Shown here piece by piece: positions 52,913 to 64,000 of a stretch of DNA of 64,000 bases. Origin of the DNA: Rhina ancylostomus (Eukaryota); NCBI GenBank assembly GCA_030265395.1, contig JARFYF010000064.1, positions 11,775,633 to 11,839,632 of the forward strand, given 5' to 3'. Made by a program: the position numbers and the translations under genes. The notes below the pieces were generated by a model. It saw only the letters and a program-made list of their open reading frames with translations, did no database searches and had not been told where the DNA came from. The number at the start of each line of letters is the position of its first letter. Position 1 is the stretch's first letter.

Positions 52913-53250
52913 CTGTGAAACTTTGTTGGAGGTGAAGTGCTTTGTTGCAGCAAGAAAGGTCAAGAAAAATATTGGGGCAATGATGCCACATTGTTTGACA
53001 CTAAAAATGGCTCAACCATTGTTTAGTAATAATAACTTGCATGTCTTCATTGGGCAAATGTAGAGATGAAAATGAATTTCTGTGGGTATCCAAATTTGAA
53101 GAATCTGATGGATCCAAAGGCTTTAATGAGATTGGAAAAAAGCCCATTTGCAACAGCTGTTGCTGCTCCCTGCATTTTTCTTGGAGTTGTCTGTGATGAC
53201 ATATCCACTGTACCTTTTGATTGGTTAGTTGGGTAGCCAGAGCTGAGGAT
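52913..53250 (-). mobile_element. RTE-clade LINE RT region upstream of YADD; continuation of 49986-50742
   Basis: SKGTVDM, QLQEKCREQQQ, LIKAF, KFGYPQKFI and KQCGIIAPIFFLTFLAA. Confidence 0.85.
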
Positions 53251-54888
53251 TGGTAACATAGTTAGGTGTGTAATCTAAGAAGGTGGTCAGAAACATGGTT
53301 AAAAATGCAGCTATAGAGCTAGGGATCGGAAATATGGTTAGGTTATTTCAAATGTAAGTTTCGTCAGACAATATGAATATACTTAAAAAGGTGATAGAGA
53401 GTAGAATATTAACAAAGTGTAAAATGAATAAGTTCTGTTTAGTAAAGTAAATTTATTGCTCCATACTGTTTTTGTCATACTTAATTTTTGCATTGTGTAG
53501 AACAAAAGATAATGTAAATTTTTGATAGACTGCAAAAAAAATTCTAGTTGCTGTAACTGATTAGGTTTTAAATCTATTACTATTACTCTTTTCCCCAAAC
53601 TTTTCCCAGAAAATTATACTATGGAATAGATGTTGATCAGTCAAAATTGTCTTACATAAACAGCCCTGGAAATGCCTTGTGCTCCATGGAACCTCAGTAA
53701 GGCCCAGGATTTTCGATCTCCCTCATCTTGATTACAACAGTTATATTTTCTTGTCCTATTTTGCTCTTAATTGATTTACTTTATAGGATTATTTTAGTTC
53801 AATCTGCAGAGTAATCTGAGATTTGTATTTAACAATCTGATATACAAGTCATGGTTTGTGTACATCTTCCTGCTTTCCTAACTTTTGGAACTTCAATTTA
53901 AGAAAATACTTTTTTAGGTATTCTGAGGTACAGATTCTGATCTACCCCAAAAGGTTAGCTCCATTGTGGTGAAGTTGTCGTAAGCTGAGGAGAGACCAAC
54001 TTGCCTAATCACTATTGTCTCTTATTGCTGTACCTAGCCTTCTGAGTGCTTTCCCAGCATTGGGATGCATCAGAGAATGTTTCTAGTCTTCCTGAGCTGG
54101 TGTACAATGGACACTACTCCACTCTCAGATGCACCAGTCATCCCTCACAGATTTTTGGCTAGGGCTTCATTTTGTTCCTCCTTTCCATCACTTTCATTTT
54201 GATGCTTTTTCTGACTACAGTGATGACTGCCTGTGAGCCTTCACCTTTGGACAAGGAAAAGCTGCTGACATCCAGTATGATAATTGTGGTGGTGAGAGGT
54301 CACTTTGCTTTCAGAAGGCACTACTTATACTTTATTTCTTTTCACCAATTGCCAAATGCTCTTCCAGCAATAGTGGCTCTTTGCTTGCCTTTTCCTTAAG
54401 GCTTGCATCAGCTTTGGACATCCTACAACATTTCCAAAGATAACACTTTAATTGGGAATTCCTACAATCAGAAAGCAACCATGACTTCAAAGCCAGAACA
54501 ATCAGGGTAACTTTAGCACAAAATGCACAGTCCCTGATGTTGCCGCCCTCCCTATTCTTCACTGCCACTCTGAAAGTGATATGAAAACCTTGTCCACCTG
54601 CTCAACTCATAGCAATGGCTGCTGCAAAGGCACAAGCCACAGTTGCTAGGAAAAGGTATTAGCCAGGTCACCAATGAGTGAAGATCCACTGCTGTGTCAG
54701 CAAAGAAATCCAATTCAACCTGAAGGATGTACAAAGGGCAACAAAGCATATAACCCACAGGATATAAACTTGAAAAACTCTATCTCAAGATCTGACAGCT
54801 AGGGAGGACAGACAACCTGACAGTGTCAGTGAACGTACCAGTCTGACAGTAGGAATGGACAGCAAGAGTGGATTAACCTGTCTATAAG

Positions 54889-54932
54889 CAAGAATCAGAA
54901 TCAGGTTTATTATCATTGACATATGTCGTGAA
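54889..54932 (-). mobile_element. Rex1/Babar extreme 3' tail (~40 bp)
   Basis: agaatcagaatcaggtttattatcattgacatatgtcgtgaa is nearly identical to 26580-26621. Confidence 0.85.
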
Positions 54933-55345
54933 TGGGTAGACCAGCTTGATTTTTGTCTACTTTAAATAAAATACTGGAAACTCAACATGTATTGGAACTT
55001 TACAGTACCTCAAGTGCTTAGCAATATACTTGTATTCTACTGGTAACCTGTCAAATATCCTACTTCCCCAAGCCTAATACTGTACTAGTGACTTTTTATA
55101 AATTAAAACCTTACCATAAGAACATTAACTAATGAGACAATGGTATCACAAAATTAAATCAATTAAAATTCACCATTCTTCCATTTATATTTTTACCACT
55201 GTTTGTTTAATTTCCTTGAGGAAACAGAGTATATGAAATGTTGTTAAAATCAATTATAACTCTTTGCAGATACTTTATTTTTAATAAAGTGCTTGATTAT
55301 CATGAATTCCTCACATAAGAATGTATTCACACAGGAAAGTAAGAT

Positions 55346-55960
55346 GGTCCAGATTTTGTCAGCAGCTTTTCATGAAATTGCCAGCATTTTTCAACGTTAG
55401 TGACAGCAAGTTTCAGGAATTTTGCATGAATTTAAATGCCATGGGTGACTACCTACTTGCACCCTGCCACTGGACCCTACCTACATGGAATCCAATGGTG
55501 AAGCAGAAGTTTTCTGAAATTCTCTAAGACTGATACTGTACTGGGTTTAAGAAAGGTAAGAACATTTTTTAATTATTTGTTTTTCATTTATTGTTTTTAT
55601 TTACTTAATAGTGTTATGAAGTTTTTATAAAATTGATTTCACTTTTATATTTTGTTTAATTTTTAATAGTTTTTGATTGTTTATCAAACATTCAGAAGCA
55701 TTGAAAATTTTAGTTCTAACTGATGGCAAATCAGTTGAGGATAGGAATTTGCATAATGTAAAGACTTCCAGAGGAGTTTAGTGGGTGGAGCTCGTTCTGG
55801 ACTGCCAATTTCACTCAGTAACATCGTCAGAGGCCAGCTAGTTATGGGTCAGTCTGAGTCAGCAAGATCCATCTTCTAAATCCAGAGAAGGTAAGTTGTG
55901 AGAACAGGAATCATAGGTGGCTCGTGCAAGTGGTGGGTCTCATTCAGAAAAATTTGGGCC
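55346..55960. mobile_element. Degenerate MITE-like element (possibly Harbinger-type)
   Basis: Imperfect TIRs GGTCCAGATTTT and AAAATTTGGGCC, with internal similarity to 3233-3826. Confidence 0.4.
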
Positions 55961-56945
55961 AAGGATATTCTATTTGTATCATCTGAAAGATGGAGTGGAT
56001 CTAAATACTATGAATGACATATATTTGCAGGCAGAACAGCAGAAATGTCTAACAGCTGAAAGACAAGCCTGTGATGAGAAAGGACAAAATGTATAGTATA
56101 TGTTGTACTATTGCCCTCTTCTGATAGCCAACAATTCCAGTTCTGTTTTATTTCCTTACATATTTTATCAATGCAAAGCAAGTAGAATGTTTAGTTTGTA
56201 TTATCATTTTAGGGATTCATCATCTTCGCCTGACCTTTTATAGCTTCTCAATTTTTCTTCAACATTATTAGAATTTCCCCTGTGTACATTTATACATTAA
56301 GTACTCAGAAGAAAGACAACTTAATGAATAATCAATAGATAGCATCAATCTGTATCATTTCTATTTGGTTTGCTGATGTCAAAATTGAGCTTGAATAGTA
56401 TCTGAATCCCATTTCATAATCTAGTCATCCTCACCAAAACTGAAGAATATATTAAGAAGCAAAACAATCATTTAAAATCTTCCTCAGAAATAATTTTTGC
56501 ATAACTTTTACCATAGGAACTGTGCTCTCTGGTATGATTTCAACAATTTCTATACATTAATAAAAATTCTGAAGCTAAATATAGAATTTTGTTCTAAGTA
56601 GGAACTGCTACATTTCCCTCAAAACAACAATTGAATTAGAGTTTTGTTCAAGTTTCTCATAAAAATGGAACTTACTTTGAACAATAGACCTTTTTTAAAA
56701 TTCAATTTTCTACTTTGAGCCCTCATCTTGTTTCTAATCTTGTTCTATGCTAGAATTATTGGTATTTTTTTAAGAGGTCATATGCCTCCCCTACCTTTCA
56801 TTCTCTAATGAAGCTTCCAAAAGTCACAGTTGCAACTTCATCGTTGTAATGTGCCACTAGAAGTTGGAAGAGCACACACATAGTCAGAAAGCATATTTCA
56901 ATGGTTATCATACTTTAAAAATAGTTGGTTGTTAAGTACTGGATA

Positions 56946-57790
56946 AAAGCAGAGGTAGTCCATATGCTCTCTCGCCTGCTCCTCCATTCAATATCTTTTA
57001 TCTATTATGTTCACTTTTGCACTGAACCCCAGTTAGTGCCCAAAAAGAGAACAATCAATCTCAATGACAGATATGCTGAGTGACTGAGCATCTACAGCTC
57101 TCTGGAGGTACAAAATTTCAAAAATCTGAATAAATATATTTCTTTGCAGCTAGGTTTTACATGCCTGACTCCTTACCTTCAGGCTGTGTCCCTGGTTTTC
57201 CAGCCTAAGAAAACAGCCCTTAGGATTTACTGTGATTTCATTTCAGATCTATGTTTTAATAAGAACACATCTCATTCTTTTAAACTCAAGTGAATGTAAG
57301 CTAAGATCGTTCAATCTCTCATCCAGGGAATTAATCAAGTTAATCCATACTATATCATCTCCAATGTAGTGTAAATCATCTTGGGAACAGAGACCAAAAC
57401 TGCATCTAGGTTTTTCATTGTACCACTTTCAACTGTACCATTGGCCTTTCAAACTGCTTGTGATACTCCTATGTTATGTTCCATGTTTTATGAACCAACA
57501 TATTTACTAGCTTCCTATCATGTAAAAATGTTTTGTTTTCCTCTTCTTCATAGCAAACTAAACCTCACATTTTTTCAGTGTACTTCATCCTAACACCTTC
57601 TTGCCTAATGACTTAAACTATCTGTCCCTTTGCAAACTCCCTGTGTTGTTCCTCACAGCCCTCTGTCCCACTGTATCATCAACAAACTTGGATATTTGAG
57701 TTCTTAATGTAAATATTAAATACACGAAGACCTAGTGCTGATTCTTGTGGCCCTCATGTGAGTGACAGCCTGCTAATAAATTCTTGTGGT
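56946..57790 (-). mobile_element. Old degraded CR1
   Basis: CR1 tail on + gcctgctcctccattcaat. gtatcatcaacaaacttggata is the reverse complement of an SKFVDDT (SKFADDT) coding stretch. Confidence 0.75.
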
Positions 57791-59362
57791 GCTAATAGAT
57801 TCCAACATTTTCTTGAAGTAACTATTTTCTGTTTCCTTGTTCTTATTTAATCTCAGCAACCATTCTTAAAAAAAAAACTGGATATTGGGAATCCTGACCA
57901 ACTGTGGCTCCCCTTGCAAAATCAACATGGTTAATTCTATTTACGAATGGTTCAATCAGATCTACATTAAGGAAAATCAATTTTGTGGAAATCAATTTTC
58001 TAGAGCTGATAGTACTGCATCTTTTCCAAAAACACAATTCGACAATATCCATGATATGAAAACATTCAAAACTTGCTTGCATGACCATTCAGGATATGGT
58101 TGTTAAGTACTGGATAAAAGCAGATAAAATGGATAATGAACTTGGATTATGAGTTTCCATGTGTGCCTGTATGCTAAAAATAATAGCTGAATCCAGGTAC
58201 AACGAACAATGTTTACATGATTTAAAATAATTCCTCAAGTAGCTTTTAGGTAAGTACAATAAATACATTTATTTTAACAATGTTATTATTAATATTTACA
58301 TTTGAAGTATAATACACACAAATAACATTTTGAAATGACTGTTCAGGGTAAATGACTAAGGGCTGCAGTCAGCAGGAGAGATCATTCTGCTCAAAGCATT
58401 TGTTTTCTTTAACCAACTGAATATAAATCAATATAAAGTTAATATGAGATTTATTAAAAACTTAATCATGTGTCAAACTTGCTGAAGATCTTCACATGAA
58501 ATAGCTGAGAGGATTGCACAGGTAATGCAGTTAAATGTATGTGTGTGGATTTTCATAATGGAGTTAAATACTGTCAATTGCAATAATATATTTATGTACC
58601 TTATGTTAAAATAATAGCTGAATTCAAGTAAAACGAACAATGTTTACATGATTTTAAATAATTCCTCAAGAAGAATGAATGGAAAATTAGATGTAAAGTA
58701 AGACGTTCATCCCCAGACACTGCATCAATTTCTCCTAAGCCCAACACCCTCCAATCATCAACCAGTGCCTCAGTTTGAATCCCAAACACTTCCAGTCTCC
58801 GGAATGCCAAATCTTCACTCCTGGCTCTCCAAGCACAATGTTTCCCTTCTACCACTCCTGATCCTCAAAGAATGCCTGTTCCTTCCCTCTTGATACCCAG
58901 GCAGTTCCTTTACCCACTGTCCTGAGTAAAAGTTCCTCCTCCAATCCCCAAATAACAGCTCATCATCCCACCCGCCATTCTCAAAGAATGTGTGCCAGTT
59001 CTTTTCCTCTTTGCCCTCCCCCACCATCACTTCCATCTCCCAGCCCTGATGGAGCCTGAAGCAAACCTCCCCACCCACATCTTGGGACAACAGGACCAAG
59101 CAACACATTTTCACCCACAAAGATGTGAAATGTCAGGTCTCTTCTGAATTTAAACCAAATTTTGATGAGATTGGAGACCAACCAAAATGATCATTATTGC
59201 CATTCCTGGATACCTTAAGTTGCATTGAAACTTCCAAGGACAGACTTTTGTCTAATGCACTAATATGGATATTCATGAAACTTAGTTACGACAAAGATAA
59301 ACTAATTCAATGTTTCTGCCCAAGGAGCTGGAGCAGCTGCTTCAGTTTTAATTTTTGGACAA

Positions 59363-59378
59363 TGCTGCCCTCTAGTGT
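59363..59378 (-). promoter_or_regulatory. Candidate CTCF binding site
   Basis: The minus strand reads ACACTAGAGGGCAGCA, close to the CTCF core CCASYAGRKGGCRS, and lies in non-repeat sequence. Confidence 0.45.
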
Positions 59379-59924
59379 AAGATATGGCATTTTGTTTAAA
59401 CCACTGTTTAAGTTGTTGGTTCAGCAGAGATGGAGGACAGCAATTTGGTGATTACATTGCCCAACTTCACCTTAACATGCTCTCAGAAATAATTTCTTTG
59501 GTTCTTACATCATTAATTTTCTATTGATATACAGCAGTGCAGAAGGATTCACCATTCAAACAGCAAGTCATGCTATTCTACAAAGGGGCAGTCTTTATGA
59601 TAAATAATTGTTAACTTGTGTGTCTAGAAATTGTTAAGTTTATTTGTTGTTGGTTTAGAACCATAATTCTGGTACTCTGAATCAATCACAGATTTTAAAA
59701 TACAAACTTTAGAGTTATTTGAAAGAAAGTTATTCTACAAATTCTTGTAAACTTTGTTTGTTCATATGTTATTCTTTCAGAATTTCAAAGTTTGAGACAA
59801 TGTAGATCATCTGCTGCCTTGGTTTACCAAATCTTTTAACTACACACCCAATAACTGATAAGAAGCTATTCTTTAGCCTCTCCGACATTCATCAGCATTT
59901 CTCTTCTCCCGCCTTAACTTAGTC

Positions 59925-59995
59925 ATTCAGCATGGAAATGGCTCTTCGGCCCAACTGGTCTATGCTGACCAAGATTCCCATCTAACCTCGTCCCA
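59925..59995 (-). mobile_element. CR1/HE1-type 3' tail fragment
   Basis: cagcatggaaatggctcttcggcccaactggtctatgctgaccaag. Confidence 0.7.
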
Positions 59996-61637
59996 GGAAG
60001 CTTCAAAAATAATCATTACCAGACAGTTTTTGTGCAATCACAAAACCCTAGAAGTGACTGGTTATGCATGTACTCACACACACAAATGAACTTAACCACA
60101 ATGCCCTGCTCCACCTCATCCTCCTCACTTCCCTCTACCCACCAGCCCTTTCATCCCTTTCACCTGTCCTGACAAATTCTTCTCCTTCAGTATTCCCCCT
60201 GTCCTTCAGCCTCCTCCCTCCAGACCTTACATTCCTACCCTATCCTCTAGCACCCTTCTACTTGGCACCCTCCTTCCTCCATTGCACCAGGCACCACTCT
60301 CCTAATTTTCTTATGACTACTTTTTACACATGCTGTTATAAAAGGATATACTAGGATAAGCTAGGGGAGAGCTATGGTCCTCCTGCAAGATGACTTTTCT
60401 AATCTCCCTAGTGACTACATCTGTGGGAAGTACATTCAGCTGTAGCTCCTGCCTGATCACACAGCAGTTAGAACTGTAGTCGGACTTGCTATGGAGCATT
60501 TGAGATGCAGAAAATGTTATAGACAGTACATTTAGTGAATTAGTCACACCACAGATACAGAAAGGAAATTGGTGCCAATTAGGAGGGGCAGTAAGTGCAG
60601 GGAAGTAGTGCAGGTGAGCTTAGAGCATGGACAAGTACTTGGAACTACAATATTGTTACACTCACAGAAACTCATTTGAGGGAAGGGTGGGAATGACAGT
60701 TTCATGTTCCAGGGTATAAAAGTTTCAAGCATGACAGAGGGGCATACAAGAGAGTAAGGTGAGTCGCACCTTTCCTCCTAATTTGATAATGTAAACAAAT
60801 CACAAAGGTGTAAGAGCAATAGGTTATAGTAGTTGGGGATTTTAACTTTCCCAGTATTGACTGGGGCTGCCTTAGTGCAAGGGGCTTACATGGGATGAAA
60901 TTTGTTAAGTGTGTCCGAGACAGTCCTACTAGAGATGAGGCAGTACTCAAACTTAGGAAACGAAACTGGGCAAGTGGAAACTTTGGTGCGGGAATGCTGA
61001 ACATAATTCTATAAATTTCAAGGCAGTTATGGAAAGGGGTAAGGCTAGTCCTTTAGGTAAGTTCCTAAATTAGGAGAAGCCTGATTTCCATAGCATAAGA
61101 GAAGATCCAGTGAAAGTAGACTGGGAGCAGATGCTTGTGGATAAAACAATATTTGACAAGTTGTGTTCTTTTAATGGTGAGTTAGTAAAGGTTCAGGGCC
61201 AGCATGTTCTGAAAAGGGTGAAAGGCAGAGATGGCAAGTTTAGGGCACCTTGGATGAGAAACAATATTGAAGGTTTGATCAGGGAAAAAAGGAAGCATAT
61301 GACAGGTATGGGACTGGAATTGAGTGAGTCTCTTGGAGAATATACAGAGTGTAGGAGAGAAGAATGAAATTAGGAGCGCAAAAAGGATTATACTAGGCAG
61401 GTAAGATTAAGGAGAATCCCAGAACATTCTATCAGTATAACAGGAGCAAGATGGTAGCCAGGGAAATAGTGGGTCCCCTTAGGGACCAAAGGAGTACTCT
61501 ATGTGTGAAGCCAGGGGATGAAGGCAAGATCCTAAATGAATACTTCTCACCTGTATTCACCAAAGAAAAGGACATGGAAGAAAGTGAGTTCAGGGAGGAG
61601 TACATTGACAGTCTGGATGTCAATGTTAAGAAGGTGG

Positions 61638-61971
61638 TGTCATGGTTCTGAGTTCTGGCCCTCAATTCGGCTCCTTTAATGCCTTGATGTATAGCACATG
61701 GATTCCATGCTGGATTGTTTGCATAATGACATATACCTGAGCCCCATCAGGGGCCTAGCNNNNNNNNNNNNNNNNNNNNNNNNNNNNNNNNNNNNNNNNN
61801 NNNNNNNNNNNNNNNNNNNNNNNNNNNNNNNNNNNNNNNNNNNNNNNNNNNNNNNNNNNGATTCCTTCCAGCTGCTGCTGGTGTTTGGTCCTGAGGAAGT
61901 ATCCTGACTCCAGTCCTGTACCAGTGTGTTGCATTTGGGTTCTCTGAGCTTGCTCTTGCTCAACACTGACA
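61638..61971. mobile_element. Solo-LTR-like element nested in CR1, with internal gap
   Basis: TGTCATG...CTGACA termini and 5-bp TSD GGTGG (61633-61637 / 61972-61976). Confidence 0.9.
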
Positions 61972-62152
61972 GGTGGAGGTGATAGATGTCATGTAACGTA
62001 TAAGGGGGTGATAACTCCCCAGGGCAAGATGATGTCTATTCAAGGTTGCAATGAGAAGAAAGGGAGGAGATAGCTGGGGCTCCAGAAGAAGCTTTTTGAA
62101 TCTTCATCAGTCACAGGTGAGGTACCAGAAGACTGGATGGATAGCTAATGTT

Positions 62153-62252
62153 AGCAACACAAAAATGCTGGAGGAACTCAGCAAGTCACAGCATCTATGG
62201 ATGGAAATGAACAGTTAACATTTCAGGCCAAGACCCTTCATCAGGACTAATG
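62153..62252 (-). mobile_element. 100-bp Penelope-derived mini-element with hammerhead-like core, nested in CR1
   Basis: TSD TAGCTAATGTT (62142-62152 / 62253-62263). The minus strand reads CTGATGA-AGGGTCTTGGCCT-GAAA-TGTT. Confidence 0.85.
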
Positions 62253-63789
62253 TAGCTAATGTTTTTTTAGTTAAGAAGGGCAGCAGCGATGTCAGGTAAC
62301 TACAAGCTGGTGAGCCTTTTGTTAGTGGTGGGAAAATTCTAAGGGATAGGATTTATGTACATTTGGAAAGATCAGGGATAGTCAGCATGGTTTTTTTGTG
62401 AGGGAAATCCTGTCTCACTAACTTGATAGTTTTTTGAGGAGGTAACTAAAAAAATTGATGGCAGGGTGGTAGACATTGTCTATATGGACTTCAGTAAGTC
62501 ATTGGACAGGGTTGACTTGAAGGCCTTTAGAAGGTCTCAGAAGGTAAATGTACATAGGATCAAAGGCAAACTGTGAATTTGATCCAAAATTGGATTGGTG
62601 GCAGGAAGAAGAGGGTGGTGGTAGGATGCTTTTCTGATTGGAAATCTGTGACCAGTAGTGTACTGCAGGGATCAGTGCTGGGACCTTTGTTTGTGATATA
62701 ACAACCTAGATGTGAATGTAGGAAGTATGGTTAGTAAGTTTGCAGATGATAAGAAAATTGGTGATGTTATGGATAGTGAGAGAGGTTGCTTAAGGTTACA
62801 GCAGCATAAAAATCAAATGGAAAGTTGAGCATTGCATAGATACACGGAATTAAATCCCAATAAGTTCAAAGTGATGTATTTTGAGGAGTCGAGTAGGGGT
62901 GGAACATGTACAGTAAATGGTACAGCACTAAGGAATAGAGAGACTTTGGGCTTCACGTCCATAGTTCCTTCAAAGTGGCAACACCTGAAGATAGGATGGT
63001 GAAGAAGGCATACAACATGCTTACCTTCATAGGTTAGGGCATAGAATATAAAAGTTGGGAGATTATGTTGCAACTTCACAAAACACTGGTTAGATTGCAC
63101 TTGGGTATTGTATGAAGTTCTAGTCACCACACCATAGGAGGGATGTGGTTGTGCTGGAATGAATGCGGAGGAGACTCACCCGGCTTAGTTATGGAGAGAG
63201 ATTGAAAACATAAGCTTGTTTTCTGTGGAGCAAAGGAGGTTGAGGGGTGACCTGATAGAGGTGCATAACATTTTAAGAGGCATGGATAGGTTAGATATAA
63301 TAATTCTCTTATGGTAGGGACATCTAAAACAAGAGGACATTGGTTTTTTGGAAGGAGTTTAAAAGAGATTTGGGATTGAAATCTAAAACCCACTGCCAGA
63401 GGAGGTGGTAGAATCAGATGTAATCACTGTTTAAAATACATCTAGACATGGTCTTAAATAGACAAGGCATAGAAGGACATGGAGCTAGGGCAGGCAAACA
63501 GGATTAGGGCAAATGTGTAGAATGATTGGCATTAATGTGGTAGGCTGAATTGCCCAATTCTGTGCTGTATGGTTCTATAATTCTAAAGTAGCCCAAGCCC
63601 TGCCTTAACACACCTTTTGATTTGTTGAAGTGTTTGCTCATGAATGTCCATCAAATTTCATTCAACATCTTTCCTTGTGAGTTGTCTCAGTGGTTCATGC
63701 ACCTCAATCTTATAAGGCAGGAATTTACTTGAGCAGTTGACAAGTCCTAGGAAATGTTGCACTTCAATAACATCCGTCAGACTCAGCAT

Positions 63790-64000
63790 TTCCATTATTG
63801 CCTTCATCTTAGTTGGATCTGCTTTGAGTCCTCCCTCATAATTGCATGGCCCATGAGTTTGTGCATGCTCTCCATGATTGTTTCCTCTGGTTTCCTTCCA
63901 ATTACTAAAGATGTTTTAGTATGTTACATGACTACTGTATGTTACCCCTTAATATAGCTACATGGAAAAAGAATAAAAAGGAAGTTAATGGGCATATGAC
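63790..64000 (+). mobile_element. Degraded V-SINE
   Basis: gagtttgtgcatgctctccatga...ctctggtttccttcca...aaagatgt V-domain remnant. Confidence 0.55.

Larger units (their letters stand above)
60345..63585 (+). mobile_element. Long decayed CR1 LINE (ORF1 remnant and ORF2 EN/RT to 3' tail) with internal deletions and two nested insertions
   Basis: ORF1-like DYICGKYIQL.LL; EN VVGDFNFPSIDW; ILNEYFSPVFTKE; VPEDW..ANV; VDIVYMDFSK; QGSVLGP; SKFADD; tail tgtgctgtatggttctataattcta. Confidence 0.95.

Overview
This is AT-rich, CpG-depleted vertebrate non-coding DNA (intronic or intergenic). The repeat families present are CR1/HER1-like LINEs, Rex1/Babar, RTE, L2, V-SINEs, a DeuSINE and Penelope-like elements. 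They point to a cartilaginous fish, probably a ray or other batoid; this is inferred from remembered repeat consensus, not from a database search. I found no intact protein-coding gene, tRNA, rRNA or CRISPR array. The listed ORFs are decayed transposon fragments, chance ORFs or N-run artefacts, and there are about 15 assembly gaps, many exactly 100 N. The most notable structures are: (1) many Penelope-derived mini-elements carrying a minimal hammerhead-ribozyme-like core, two with clear 11-12 bp target-site duplications (TSDs); (2) a Penelope-like insertion with inverted ends and about 850 bp of foreign sequence, nested in an RTE LINE that may be split over about 7.5 kb; (3) a 41-bp-arm fold-back palindrome that arose inside that RTE; (4) five copies of one ~390-bp TG...CA solo-LTR-like element, three with 5-bp TSDs; (5) V-SINEs with a Rex1-like tail; (6) several repeat-free, CpG-retaining candidate regulatory blocks and a CTCF-like site. 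Boundaries of old repeats are approximate.
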